DNA of 64,000 nt from an uncultured cyanobacterium (GCA_963740315.1 CAVUDP010000003.1:1-64000), one strand, 5' to 3'; positions 18,214 to 29,521 are shown, counted from the stretch's first letter. Numbers and translations are program-made. The notes: generated by a model not told the origin, from the sequence alone.

Positions 18214-19179
18214 ATGATTAGTGCCAATTTAAATAATAGTAAGCTAAGTAAATTTAGAGATACTGAAGAAAAATTTTGTTTAAAACCCTTTTCTAATAGC
18301 TGGGTTGCGATTAATCCTAATCCCAAGGGAATTATTCAATTTATCGGAAGTTTTGTATTTGGTTCTTTTCCAATCAACTCTTATAAATATTTGTTTCAAA
18401 ATCTATTTGAACAAGGTTATACAATTTTTGTCTTTAAATTCCCTTTAACTCCTTGGAAATTCGACCATTGGCAAGTTGCGACCAATTTACTCAAAGAAGA
18501 ATACAATCTAAGAGTAGAAATCATCCATTTTTTAACGCAAAATGAAAAAACATCTCGCAAGAATATACAAATATATCTTAATGATTCTAACTATTATTGG
18601 CTGGGTCATAGTTTAGGATGTAAATATATAACCCTGTTAGAGATTTTGAGCAACGATTCCACTCAACGTAACTTAATTATTCAAAACTCCCTTGGCGATC
18701 GCTATAATCAAAAATTAATTGCTCTGATAAATTCGGTTGATATTACGAGAAAAAAAGCCGAACAACGAATTAGCAAATTATTGAATAAACCTATTAATAT
18801 TAACAATTTTATCAAAGACCAGCCTTCAATACTTTTAGCACCTGAAATTAGTAATACAGTAACAGTAAAAGGGGTTAATATTCCCAAAATAAAGCCTCTA
18901 TCCAACTTAGAGCTACTTGTATTTCCTAATGCCAGAGAAACAAAACGTATGATTGCTCAAAGTCAGAACTTGTTTAACTTAACAGGAGTAGTTTCATTTT
19001 CTCAAGATTTTATTGCTAAAGATGATGTCACTTTTTTATTGCAACAATTATCTTTAAGACGTTTTCTTCCACCACTCCACCAAGAATTTTTTGGATGGCA
19101 TTTGGAACCAAATTCTCTTCAAATCGAACAGCTAGCAATCGGCATCGATCGATTGTTTGCAGAACTAATACAGCGGTAA
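18214..19179 (+). CDS. DUF1350-like alpha/beta-hydrolase-fold protein
   Basis: PKGIIQFIGSFVFGSFP, nucleophile elbow WLGHSLGCK, C-terminal GWHLEP. Confidence 0.75.
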   Translation: MISANLNNSKLSKFRDTEEKFCLKPFSNSWVAINPNPKGIIQFIGSFVFGSFPINSYKYLFQNLFEQGYTIFVFKFPLTPWKFDHWQVATNLLKEEYNLRVEIIHFLTQNEKTSRKNIQIYLNDSNYYWLGHSLGCKYITLLEILSNDSTQRNLIIQNSLGDRYNQKLIALINSVDITRKKAEQRISKLLNKPININNFIKDQPSILLAPEISNTVTVKGVNIPKIKPLSNLELLVFPNARETKRMIAQSQNLFNLTGVVSFSQDFIAKDDVTFLLQQLSLRRFLPPLHQEFFGWHLEPNSLQIEQLAIGIDRLFAELIQR

Positions 19180-19427
19180 TTTTTTTTATTTCGTAAATCT
19201 GTGCAAATTACAGAATCCATTTCTCCGGGATATATGACGCGCTCAACCGCAAGCAGATAAAAAATCAACTGGGATAATTAGAACTTAATCATGGTAACTT
19301 TTAGGGATGAGTCGGTACGTGGCTATACAATTCCAGCAGCTTATACGATCGGCATTTTTACGGGTGCAGTTATGTGATGATATGCCTAATAATAAATTAT
19401 TAAATTTAATTTGAAAAAATTTATTTT

Positions 19428-20908
19428 ATGCGATCGCCACATCAGCCAGATAATATAATTGCTCAAAAGTATCGAATTATCAACATTTTGGGGGAAGGTG
19501 GAAGTGGAATAACTTACCTTGCGGAAAATTTACAAAATAACAAAACTGTTGCTTTAAAAGCGCTGTCACTACATAGAATGACAGATTGGAAAGCAATGGA
19601 ATTATTTGAAAGAGAAGCGAAGATTCTGGCTCAACTCAATCATCGGGCGATTCCTGATTATTTAGAATACTTCGATGTCGATACAGATGGGGAAAAACAC
19701 TTTTATATAGCCCAGCAGCTTGCACCTGGTGATTCTTTAGCCAAACTTGTAGAAAATAATTGGCGCACTAACGAGCAACAGATAAAAAACATAGCCAAGC
19801 AAATATTAGAAATTTTAATTTACCTGCATTCACTGACACCTCCAGTCACTCATCGAGATATCAAACCGCAAAATATCATTTACGATAACGAAAAAGTATT
19901 TTTAGTAGATTTTGGTGCAGTACAAGATACCTACTACAACACCTTTATGCGCGGTAGTACGGTTGTAGGAACTTACGGTTACATGGCACCAGAGCAGTTT
20001 CGGGGGCAAGCCGTACCCGCTACCGATTTATATGGTTTGGGAGCAACATTATTATTTTTGTTGACACATCGTTCCCCGCAGATTTTCCCACGGATGGTTT
20101 AAAAATCGACTTTCGCAGTCAGATAAAGGTATCTGAAGATTTTGCAGACTGGCTGGATAAAATGCTTGAGCCAGATTTGGAAGAAAGGTTTTCTTCAGCT
20201 AAAGTTGCTTTAGAAGTTTTACAGGGGAAGCGGAAGATAATCTTGGGAAAGCAAAAACCCATATTGTTGAAAGTTGCGATCGCAATGGGAATTACTACCG
20301 TTATTATCGCTAGTATTTTCAATAATTACAAATGGGCAATTTTAAATACCTTGGCTATCCAACCTAGTTCAAACATTTGCGATAGCCCTTATTGGATAAA
20401 AGATTATATAAGTAAGGGTGGTAATCCTAATACCGAATTTTCGATAAACGGTTTATATGGTTATAAAAAAGGTTTATTACTATGTGCTATTGAGGAAAAT
20501 TCTTTAGAAATCGCAGAATTGCTGGTAGCTAAAGGTGCCAATGTTAATGATGCATTACATAAAGTAAAATCTGTAAAAGGTGCAAAATTTTTAATAGCTA
20601 ATGGTGCTGACATTAATCATAAAAATGAATTAGGATGGACTCCGCTACATCATGCAGTTGTATTTTATAGAAAAGATATTGTAGAACTACTTTTATCTCA
20701 TCAAGCTGATGTTAACGCTCGAAATAAAGCAGGTTACACACCTCTAAATATTATATCTAGAGGTATAGACAATAGAGGTATAGACAATACGTGGAAATAT
20801 ATTGATAACCCCTATATTACTCATGATTTCTATAGGAACAATGTTGATGAAATTACTAAAAAATCTACTATAAAATTACTTGTCGATAATGGTGCAACAA
20901 TTGACTAA
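19428..20908 (+). pseudogene. Ser/Thr kinase-TM-ankyrin repeat protein split by a 1-bp frameshift (or a sequencing error)
   Basis: ORFs 19428..20102 (HRDIKPQN, DFG, APE) and 20162..20908 (kinase tail, TM, ankyrin repeats) join if one base is added at CCCC 20074-20077. Confidence 0.85.
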
Positions 20909-20977
20909 GCAAAAGTTTGTATTAATATTCTCAAATATTAGTCACACAGAACAGAGCAAATAATTAAAAAATAAGAT

Positions 20978-22327
20978 ATGAAATTACTGCACCAAGTAGG
21001 AGATATTATTAATCAAAAGTATCGGATTTTAGATATTTTAGGGGAAGGTGGAATCGCAATTACTTATTTAGCTGCGGATTTACAAACTGGGGATAATTTA
21101 GCTTTAAAAGTTTTATCACTACGTCGGATGAATGATTGGAAGAAAATGGAACTATTTAGTCGGGAAAGTCAAATTCTATCTCAGCTAAATCATCCAGCAA
21201 TTCCTCAATATATAGACTATTTCCAACTTGAAACAGATTACGATAATTCATTTTATATAGCTCAACAACTAGCACCAGGAAAATCTCTTGCTGAACTTGT
21301 AGAAAATCGTTATTATTTTGATGAATCAGAAATTCGATATATTGCTATTCAAATTTTAGATATATTAATCTATTTACATTCATTTTCACCGCCAGTTATT
21401 CATCGAGATATAAAACCCCAAAATATAATTCGCGGCGATAATGGTAAAATTTTCCTAGTAGATTTTGGTGCTGTAGCCGATACCTATCACAACACAGTTA
21501 CTGGTGGAAGTACAGTAGTAGGAACATTCGGCTATATGGCTCCCGAACAATTTCGCGGTAAAGCGTTACCAGCTACCGATTTATATGGTTTGGGAACAAC
21601 TTTACTGTATTTATTAACTAAAAAATGTCCGTCAGATTTACCGCAAAAGCATTTAAAAATAGATTTTGGTTCTCAAGTTGATGTATCGAGAGAGTTCGTA
21701 AACTGGTTAGAAAAAATACTTGAACCTATTGCAGAAGATAGATTCCCCGACGCTGGAGTTGCATTAGCAGTATTCCAGGAAAAAGAATTACTTAATAACT
21801 ATCTTACTCAGAAACCGCGTAGACCGAAAGATACTCCTATCAGCTTGCGAAGAAATGAGGAAAAATTACAGATAGAGATTCCAGCAGGAAAATTTCGTAG
21901 TAATTTCAGGCTCATTTCGATAATGCTTCTCTTGCCTGTAAATGCATTCTTATTACTAGTATTTACCACAGGAGTTCAATATAAAGGTTTCAATATTTTT
22001 AAAGACAATCTATTATTGATTTGTCTTATGGCATTGCTTTTATTGCTATATTTTGCTTATTTAGCTGATCTATTAATCAGTACTAATGATTTTATAATTA
22101 GTCCTTTATCGCGTATCCAATTAAATATTTTTAAAGAAAAAGATTGCTATATATTTAGTTGTAAAAAATGGTTATTACGTTGGCGCTATCAAAACTTTAA
22201 TTACAAAATAAATCAAGCAGAATTTCAAACAACATTGAATTCAATAGAATGTAATTTAACTCCAAAAGAATACAAGTGGCTAAAAGCAGAAATTAATAAA
22301 TTCGTTAATGATAAATCAATCATGTAG
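20978..22327 (+). CDS. Ser/Thr protein kinase (Pkn2-type) with C-terminal membrane segments
   Basis: LGEGG, HRDIKPQN, DFG, GYMAPEQF; tandem paralog of the upstream kinase. Confidence 0.95.
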   Translation: MKLLHQVGDIINQKYRILDILGEGGIAITYLAADLQTGDNLALKVLSLRRMNDWKKMELFSRESQILSQLNHPAIPQYIDYFQLETDYDNSFYIAQQLAPGKSLAELVENRYYFDESEIRYIAIQILDILIYLHSFSPPVIHRDIKPQNIIRGDNGKIFLVDFGAVADTYHNTVTGGSTVVGTFGYMAPEQFRGKALPATDLYGLGTTLLYLLTKKCPSDLPQKHLKIDFGSQVDVSREFVNWLEKILEPIAEDRFPDAGVALAVFQEKELLNNYLTQKPRRPKDTPISLRRNEEKLQIEIPAGKFRSNFRLISIMLLLPVNAFLLLVFTTGVQYKGFNIFKDNLLLICLMALLLLLYFAYLADLLISTNDFIISPLSRIQLNIFKEKDCYIFSCKKWLLRWRYQNFNYKINQAEFQTTLNSIECNLTPKEYKWLKAEINKFVNDKSIM

Positions 22328-22391
22328 AGACGTAGCAGTGCTACGTCTTCCACAGCGTCGAAAAACCTACCAACGCTACGTCTCCCGAATA

Positions 22392-22763
22392 TTAATCCTC
22401 ATCCGCAGCGTGCTGCTTCAATTCATCCAAAGAAGCATATTCTAATGTAGATGCATGAGTAGCGGATAAAACTACTTTCGGTGCAACTCCATCATCCATC
22501 GCTTCCTTCCAACGAGAAGCACACAAACACCATTTATCCCCAGCTTTTAAACCAGGAAATTCATACATTGGTCTTGGCGTACTCAAATCGTTTCCCATAG
22601 ACTTGGTATAGGTGAGAAACTCTTCCGTCATTTCCGCACAAACAGTATGTGCCCCGAAATCACCCGCACCCGTATCGCATACTCCATTCCGGTAATATCC
22701 AGTCATCGGAGAAGTACAGCAAACCTGAAGTTGTTCTCCAAGTACATTTTTTGCATCTGACAT
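22392..22763 (-). CDS. DUF2237 family protein
   Basis: NVLGE.L..C...PMTGYYRNG.C and GLKAGDKWCLCASRW signature. Confidence 0.9.
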   Translation of the reverse strand: MSDAKNVLGEQLQVCCTSPMTGYYRNGVCDTGAGDFGAHTVCAEMTEEFLTYTKSMGNDLSTPRPMYEFPGLKAGDKWCLCASRWKEAMDDGVAPKVVLSATHASTLEYASLDELKQHAADED

Positions 22764-23104
22764 ATCAGTTAACAGTTATCAGTGAGCAGTGAGCAGTTAT
22801 CAGTTATCAGTTACCAGTTACCAGTTACCAGTTACCAGTTACCAATTACCAGTTACCAGTGAAATTTAAAATCTTATTTTGGCTATCAACATAATGTTAG
22901 CGCGGTGAAGGTGATTGGGAGCGAGGAATGAGGAATGAGGAGTTAGGAGTTAGGAGTTAGGAGTTATTAAACCATCTTTAGTAGGAGCATCCCAATTAAA
23001 AAAAAATATATCGTAAAATTTAAATATTCGGGATGCTCCCATCCCCATCTCCCCATCCCCCCATCTCCCCATCCCCTTGTCTCCTTGTCTCCCCATCTCC
23101 CCAT

Positions 23105-24292
23105 CTATTCCCAACTAACTTGCTTCCTCTCTCTAACAACCTGCTGATATACCTTTTCAGTTTGCTTGGCAATTTTTACCCAATTAAATCGCTTTTCTAA
23201 ATCTTCGTAAGCGTTGTCTTTTAACCACTGACAATAACCGGGATTTTTTAATACTTCCAAAATTCCCCAAGATAAAGAATCGGGATTATTAACGTAAGTG
23301 ACGACACCTGTTTTTGTATGTTGAACTACTTCTGGTAAACCGCCTGTATTAGAAACTACTACCGGAACTTTAGCAGCGAAACTCTCTAACGCAACTATAC
23401 CAAAGGGTTCGTAAAGACTGGGGAAAACTGCACAGTCGGCGATTGTCTGAAATTTATCTAAGTATTGATCAGCCATGAAGCCGGTAAAATAGCATTTATC
23501 CCAAATTCCTAAATTCCAGGCTTGTTTTCTAAGTTGGTTGGTATTACCACCACCGATAAACACAAATTTAACTTTACCCCCCATTTCCGAAAGTACTTTG
23601 GGTGCAGCATTTAATAATATAGATATACCTTTTTCATAGGTCATGCGACCAACATAATAGACTATTTTTTCGTCATCTTCCGCAAAGTTACGACGAAAAT
23701 CTTTTGTATAAAACTGTCGATCGTGCTGTTTCTTTTCGGCACGGATACCGTTATAAATTACATCAATTTTATCCCAAGGACTGTGCAGCGATCGCTCTAC
23801 TTCCCGACGCATATAATTTGTACAAACGATAACTCGCCAAGCTTCAAAAGTAAGTTTGGTTTCTTTACGATGGATATAGCTTTGGTTATTGTTGTGAATA
23901 CCGTTGTTTCGTCCCGATTCGGTAGCGTGAATGGTAGCAATTAAAGGAACTTTGAAAGTATGCTTGAGCGCGATCGCCGCATCTCCCACTAACCAATCAT
24001 GAGCGTGAATTAGATCGAAAGGACCTTCTTCCAACATTAATTTACCACCTTGTCGTCCCATGCTTTGATTCATGTTGACTATCCAGTGGAAAAAGTCATT
24101 ACTTTGCGCTACGGGTACCCGATGTATTTTGATTCCTTCCACTTCTTCGTAAAGTGGTGCTTCACCGAATTCCGGCGTTATCAAATAAACCGAATGCCCC
24201 AACACCAACTCCGGATACAATTCACCTACATGACGGGCAATTCCCCCAACAATACGCGGTGGAAATTCCCAACTCAATACCAAAATTTTCAT
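23105..24292 (-). CDS. Glycosyltransferase family 4 protein
   Basis: WEFPPRIVGG, IHAHDW, YVGR and PSLYEPFGIVALE motifs. Confidence 0.95.
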   Translation of the reverse strand: MKILVLSWEFPPRIVGGIARHVGELYPELVLGHSVYLITPEFGEAPLYEEVEGIKIHRVPVAQSNDFFHWIVNMNQSMGRQGGKLMLEEGPFDLIHAHDWLVGDAAIALKHTFKVPLIATIHATESGRNNGIHNNNQSYIHRKETKLTFEAWRVIVCTNYMRREVERSLHSPWDKIDVIYNGIRAEKKQHDRQFYTKDFRRNFAEDDEKIVYYVGRMTYEKGISILLNAAPKVLSEMGGKVKFVFIGGGNTNQLRKQAWNLGIWDKCYFTGFMADQYLDKFQTIADCAVFPSLYEPFGIVALESFAAKVPVVVSNTGGLPEVVQHTKTGVVTYVNNPDSLSWGILEVLKNPGYCQWLKDNAYEDLEKRFNWVKIAKQTEKVYQQVVRERKQVSWE

Positions 24293-24487
24293 CTTTTACC
24301 CCCAATTATTTACAAATCGTTTAATTATGTGAGCAATTAAAATAATTAAAGGTGCGATCGCCAAATTTGACGGGAGTAAAAATACTCATTTTTGGCTCGT
24401 TGTAACAATTTTCTGACACAAAAGATTGGGAATAAAGAGTTAGGAGTTAGGAGTTAGGAGTTAAGAGTTAATAAAGTTAAAGTTTCA

Positions 24488-24759
24488 CCTTGTCTCCTTG
24501 TCTCCTTGTCTCCTTGTCTCCCCATCTCCCCATCTCCCCATCTCCCCATCTCCCCATCTCCCCATCTCCCCATCTCCCCATCTCCCCATCTCCCCATCTC
24601 CCCATCTCCCCATCTCCCCATCTCCCCATCTCCCCATCTCCCCATCTCCCCATCTCCCCATCTCCCCATCTCCCCATCTCCCCATCTCCCCATCTCCCCA
24701 TCTCCCCATCTCCCCATCTCCCCATCTCCCCATCTCCCCATCTCCCCATCTCCCCATCT
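24488..24759. repeat. 8-bp STRR microsatellite: (CCTTGTCT)x4 followed by (CCCCATCT)x30
   Basis: Direct reading; the perfect run is 24520-24759. Confidence 0.95.
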
Positions 24760-24774
24760 CCCCCATCTCCCCCT

Positions 24775-26415
24775 CTACCCCATCTCTCTCCTAAACCTTA
24801 ACCACTCATCGATCGCTTGCTTTTCAGAAATTGCACCTTTTTTCAATAAAATCACGCCATCTTTAAAGCCAATTATCCCGTATTCTTGATTATTCGTAAT
24901 TTTATCAATTAAATCAACGTATTCTTTTAATAAACCACGATCGCTGCGGAAGGCTGGCGCATACTTTTGTAATTGCCACAAATCGGCGATCGCATAATCC
25001 ATTTTTACTATTTCCCGCTCGTCGTTTCGCAATTCCAACATCGATAAACGCAGAATTTGACGACGACTCGAAAGGTGAGGTACCAGGTAAGTGGTTGCAG
25101 ATACGCTTGCATCTGAAGGGATTTGCGCTAATAAAGGACGAATTCCTTGATTTACATGATGCCACTGTTCTGGCAAAGATACATATACCCAAGGTTTAAT
25201 TGAGTCGGGTATGGCAAAATAAAAGGTGCGATTTGGATTGGATGTAAAGCTAAAAAATAAAGATAGACAAATACAAAATACCCAAAAGCGACGAAATGAC
25301 GGTTTAAATGCTTTCGGATGTTTTGCCCACCACAATATTGCACCGTAAAATAATCCTGGAACTACACTTAATGCATAGCGAATGGTAATCGCTAACACCG
25401 AGTCACCCTTACCCAAAAGCAATTTTAACAACGGAAATCCGGCAATACTCCAAGAAGCTGGCGCGATCGCAGGTATAAACGCCAAAGGCAGCCATTGACC
25501 GAGAAAATACCGAATTGTTTTACCGACTGGCGTAACAAGTTCTACTAATAATCGAACCGGATTGCTGACTATTCCCCAGATAATATCTAAGGTAGTAGCT
25601 TCATCACCATCAACATATTGTCCAAACCTTTCCAACATAAACCGCTTGGAAATATCTTCAGAAAACAGCGGCATAATTAAATTAGTTAGCAGCAACATAT
25701 ACCCAAAACTGAGGATACAAACTCCTAAACCAGCCCTCGGAAAGCGTTTGCTCAAAACCATGTAAACTCCAACGCCGAATAAACCCACCCCCGCATCTTC
25801 TCGCACCATCAAAATCAATCCAGCCATCAGCCAAAACAGCCACCACCAGCGTTTTTCCATCGCCAGCAGCAAAGTAAAAATAAACAGCGGAATTTGACTG
25901 ATATCGTGGAAATTACCCAGCGTCGGACCAATTACAGCATTTGCAGCGTAATAGCTACCAGTAATTATTACTGCCAATCGAGGTTCCAAATACTGACGCG
26001 CCAAGACATATAGCATCAAACCACCAGCCGTAATCAGCGCTACCAGCAACACCGCCAAAGTTGCCGCATTAGGAAACAATGCATATATCGGTAGCCAAAG
26101 TAACAACGCCGGAGTAAAATGCTGACCTAACCGATGGTAATAAACCGTAGGGATTTCATTCGCGTGGACAACATTAGTCGAAAGACTTGAAGAAAGAGAA
26201 CTTTGGAAAAAACGTCCGTGGAGATTATTCCAAAATACCTGATTAAAAATACCCTGGTCAAAAGATGCATAAAAGCTAAAATAGCGGTTTAATACCAGTA
26301 TTAGACATATAGTAAAGAATACTCCCGCAATCGGAAGAATAGGTTTAATAAATGTAAATGATTTTGATAAACTCAACTTTGACTTAGGATTAAATTTAGA
26401 TATAGTTTCTTGCAA
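24775..26415 (-). CDS. DUF2079 membrane protein (GT-C-like glycosyltransferase)
   Basis: SFDQGIFNQ, LGQHF, NFHD and REDA motifs; multiple TM helices. Confidence 0.85.
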   Translation of the reverse strand: MQETISKFNPKSKLSLSKSFTFIKPILPIAGVFFTICLILVLNRYFSFYASFDQGIFNQVFWNNLHGRFFQSSLSSSLSTNVVHANEIPTVYYHRLGQHFTPALLLWLPIYALFPNAATLAVLLVALITAGGLMLYVLARQYLEPRLAVIITGSYYAANAVIGPTLGNFHDISQIPLFIFTLLLAMEKRWWWLFWLMAGLILMVREDAGVGLFGVGVYMVLSKRFPRAGLGVCILSFGYMLLLTNLIMPLFSEDISKRFMLERFGQYVDGDEATTLDIIWGIVSNPVRLLVELVTPVGKTIRYFLGQWLPLAFIPAIAPASWSIAGFPLLKLLLGKGDSVLAITIRYALSVVPGLFYGAILWWAKHPKAFKPSFRRFWVFCICLSLFFSFTSNPNRTFYFAIPDSIKPWVYVSLPEQWHHVNQGIRPLLAQIPSDASVSATTYLVPHLSSRRQILRLSMLELRNDEREIVKMDYAIADLWQLQKYAPAFRSDRGLLKEYVDLIDKITNNQEYGIIGFKDGVILLKKGAISEKQAIDEWLRFRREMG

Positions 26416-26640
26416 TTGTTGCTACCTCACTCACTATCCAAGATTTGAATATTATAAGTTAAAGGTCAAAGGTCAAAGGTTAAAGGTGTAATAACTAAAA
26501 ATTCCTCATCTCCCCATCTCCCCATCTCCCCATCTCATCTTCCCCCCATCTCCCCATCCCCCCCTCTCCCCATCCCCCCCCTCTCATCTTCCCCTTCTCG
26601 TGCTAGAAGATATAAGTGACTTATATAAAATTCCCAGAGA

Positions 26641-28038
26641 ATGCCTACTTTAATTATTGACGCTCAAAATTTACTTGCTGACTTAATCGCTCGTTACTCG
26701 CCAAAAGTTGATTATTTAATGATTCGGCTTGAGGAATCTGATGGAACTGATATCTTATTGCGTGGCGATAAGGTGGAAACTCTGAGCGAATGTATTTCCA
26801 TTGGGGGACAGGTTAGGGCTTGTTATAAGGGTGGATGGGGATTAAGCAGTTTCAATAATCTTTCCACCATTGAAGATCGGATTCAAGAAGCGATCGCATC
26901 TGCAAAAATTGTCGGAGATGAGGAAACCATATTAGCTCCCATCGATCCGGTGCAAGCAGTATGTGAATTACCTCTGACGGGTACCAACCCCAGAAATATA
27001 CCTTTGATTCAAAAAAAGCAGTTATGCGACAATTACACCGATTTACTCAAAAGTATAGATAATCGCATTACCACTACCTCCGTGCGTTATGGCGATAGCG
27101 CTCAAAAAGTAATTATTGCAACTTCCGAAGGCACGCTTATCGAACAGTCATGGGTAGATATGGAAATGCGTTTTGCCGCCACCGCTAGAAACGGCGAAAC
27201 AGTGCAAACTGGAAGAGAAACCACGGGTTCCCGCAAAGCTTTTGAAGATTTAACGACTTTAAACGAACAAGTTACCAGCGCCGCACGTAGAGCAATATCT
27301 GCTTTATCGCTACCTCCAGTGAAAGGCAATACTTACACCGTAGTCATCGATCCCATTCTTACCGGCTTATTTGTCCACGAAGCCTTCGGACATCTTTCTG
27401 AAGCGGATATGGCTTATGAAAACCCGGATGTTTTAGAAGTGATGACTCTTGGAAGACGATTTGGTTCGGAAGAATTACAGATTTTTGATGGTGCTGCACC
27501 GGAAGGACATCGCGGTAGCTATTATTACGATGACGAAGGCACGCCAGCAACTACCACTCAACTAATTAAAGATGGAGTTTTGGTTGGACGCTTGCATTCT
27601 CGCGAAACCGCAGGCAAATTAGGCGAAACCCCTACGGGAAATTGTCGCTGTCTTAATTATCACTACGCTCCGATAGTAAGAATGACAAATACCTGGATAG
27701 AAAGAGGAAAAACACCCGTCAATGACTTGTTTTCCGGAATAAAAGAAGGAGTTTACGCCAAAAACTGGTTAGAAGGAATGACTAACGGAGAAATGTTCAC
27801 CTTTGGCGCTGGTGAAGCATGGATGATTAGAAACGGTAAAATCGCCGAACCTGTCAAAGATGTTACCCTTTCCGGTAACGTTTTCCAAACTTTAAAAGAC
27901 ATCGAAGGCATCGGCGACGACTTTTACTGGGATGAATCCGGCGGTTGTGGAAAAGGCGGACAAAACGGTTTACCCGTAGGTTGCGGCGGTCCAAGTTTAA
28001 GGATAAAAGATGTAGTAGTGGGAGGGGAAGCTGGGTGA
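26641..28038 (+). CDS. tldD: TldD family metalloprotease
   Basis: HEAFGH zinc motif, DDEG, RMTNT, GGCGKGGQ. Confidence 0.93.
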   Translation: MPTLIIDAQNLLADLIARYSPKVDYLMIRLEESDGTDILLRGDKVETLSECISIGGQVRACYKGGWGLSSFNNLSTIEDRIQEAIASAKIVGDEETILAPIDPVQAVCELPLTGTNPRNIPLIQKKQLCDNYTDLLKSIDNRITTTSVRYGDSAQKVIIATSEGTLIEQSWVDMEMRFAATARNGETVQTGRETTGSRKAFEDLTTLNEQVTSAARRAISALSLPPVKGNTYTVVIDPILTGLFVHEAFGHLSEADMAYENPDVLEVMTLGRRFGSEELQIFDGAAPEGHRGSYYYDDEGTPATTTQLIKDGVLVGRLHSRETAGKLGETPTGNCRCLNYHYAPIVRMTNTWIERGKTPVNDLFSGIKEGVYAKNWLEGMTNGEMFTFGAGEAWMIRNGKIAEPVKDVTLSGNVFQTLKDIEGIGDDFYWDESGGCGKGGQNGLPVGCGGPSLRIKDVVVGGEAG

Positions 28039-28207
28039 AGTGATGGGGAGATTGGGAGAGGGGGATGGGGGGACAAGGGGACAAGGGGATGGGGGGATGG
28101 GGGGAGAGGGGGATGGGGGGATGGGGGGACAAGGGGAAATATCAATTTCTAACTGGTAATTGATAATTGGTAATTGATAATTGATAACTGATAACTGGTA
28201 ACTTAAC

Positions 28208-28900
28208 ATGACTATTTCTGTAAAAAAGAATGTAACTAAAATTCCGCTTTTGGAAAGTGGAGATAGACTTACACGCCATGAATTTGAACGACGATATACC
28301 GCAATGCCCGATAATAAGAAGGCGGAATTAATCGAAGGAATAGTTTATATGGCATCACCTTTACGTATAAGAAGTCATGGAGAACCTCATGGAAACTTGA
28401 TTCTTTGGTTGGGAACTTATAAAGTTACGATTCCAGGTTTAATTTTAGGTGACAACTCTACAGTCCGTTTAGATTTAGATAACGAACCTCAACCTGATGT
28501 CGTGTTATTGATAGATGAAAAATTGGGTGGGCGATCGCGTATTAGTGAGGATGATTATATTGAAGGGGCACCGGAATTAGTTGCGGAAGTTGCTGCTAGT
28601 AATGCGTCGAATGATTTACATGACAAGAAAAATGCTTACCGTCGTAACGGGGTTTTAGAATATATTGTTTGGCAGGTTTTTGAAAACAAACTTGACTGGT
28701 TTTATTTGGAAAATGGTGAATACGTGTCACTAGAACCTGATGCGTCAGGAGTTATTAAAAGTAATATATTTCCTGGTTTATGGTTAGCAGCTTCGGCATT
28801 ACTTGCAGGAGAAATGAAACAAGTTCTCAACGTTTTACAACAAGGATTAAATTCACCAGAGCAGGTAGAATTTATTAAACAATTAACAATAATAAATTGA
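28208..28900 (+). CDS. Uma2 (DUF820) family endonuclease-like protein
   Basis: ELIEG, PQPD, PELVAEV, K..AY...GV.EY. Confidence 0.93.
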   Translation: MTISVKKNVTKIPLLESGDRLTRHEFERRYTAMPDNKKAELIEGIVYMASPLRIRSHGEPHGNLILWLGTYKVTIPGLILGDNSTVRLDLDNEPQPDVVLLIDEKLGGRSRISEDDYIEGAPELVAEVAASNASNDLHDKKNAYRRNGVLEYIVWQVFENKLDWFYLENGEYVSLEPDASGVIKSNIFPGLWLAASALLAGEMKQVLNVLQQGLNSPEQVEFIKQLTIIN

Positions 28901-28936
28901 TAGTTGATAGTTGATAGTTGTTTCACTAACCACTAA

Positions 28937-29521
28937 CTATTTTTGAAATATGGCAACGTCAACTTGCTGTAATAATTCATCTACATTTGAACTATTATCT
29001 AAAACAATATCAGCTTTTTTCTTTTTTTTGCTTAAAGGCATTTGACTGTTAATTCTTACTTGTGCTTGTTCGAGGGTTAATTGATTTCGCTGCATCAATC
29101 TTTCTAACTGCTGTTTTTCCGAACAACTTACCACCCAAATTTCCGTTACCAAGTCTGTCATACCCGCTTCAAATAATAAAGGCACAACTGAAATCAGAGT
29201 TTTTGCGGATATGTCTTTGATTCCTAGAGAAAGGCGATCGCTAACGTAAGGGTGAATCAAACTGTCAATCCACAAGCGTTCTTGTTGATTGTTAAAGACG
29301 ATCTCACCCAACTTTTCTCGATTGAGGCTGCCATCAGCTAGTAAAATTTTTTCTCCGTGGCGTTTCACTATTTGTTCTAAAAGCGGTGAATCAGCAGCCA
29401 CAGCTTCTCTAGCATAAATATCTGCATCCAAAATCGGTAAATTATAAGCATTAGCCAAATAATTAGCGACAGTTGTTTTACCTGTCGCTATACCTCCAGT
29501 CAAACCGATGATACGTTTCAT
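28937..29521 (-). CDS. coaE: Dephospho-CoA kinase
   Basis: IGLTGGIATGKT, DAD, PLLFE. Confidence 0.96.
   Translation of the reverse strand: MKRIIGLTGGIATGKTTVANYLANAYNLPILDADIYAREAVAADSPLLEQIVKRHGEKILLADGSLNREKLGEIVFNNQQERLWIDSLIHPYVSDRLSLGIKDISAKTLISVVPLLFEAGMTDLVTEIWVVSCSEKQQLERLMQRNQLTLEQAQVRINSQMPLSKKKKKADIVLDNSSNVDELLQQVDVAIFQK

Noticed and set aside
24454..24889. Six ORFs of GRWGDGEM / PHLPISPS repeats
   Set aside because: Translations of the stop-free 8-bp microsatellite, not genes.
26641..28038. tldD and pmbA as part of a RiPP (microcin-like) cluster
   Set aside because: The two genes are 17 kb apart among housekeeping genes, with no precursor or modification enzymes nearby.
28208..28900. 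Uma2 protein as restriction partner of the methylase or as a defence system
   Set aside because: Uma2 paralogs are abundant stand-alone genes in cyanobacteria, and this one is 25 kb from the methylase.
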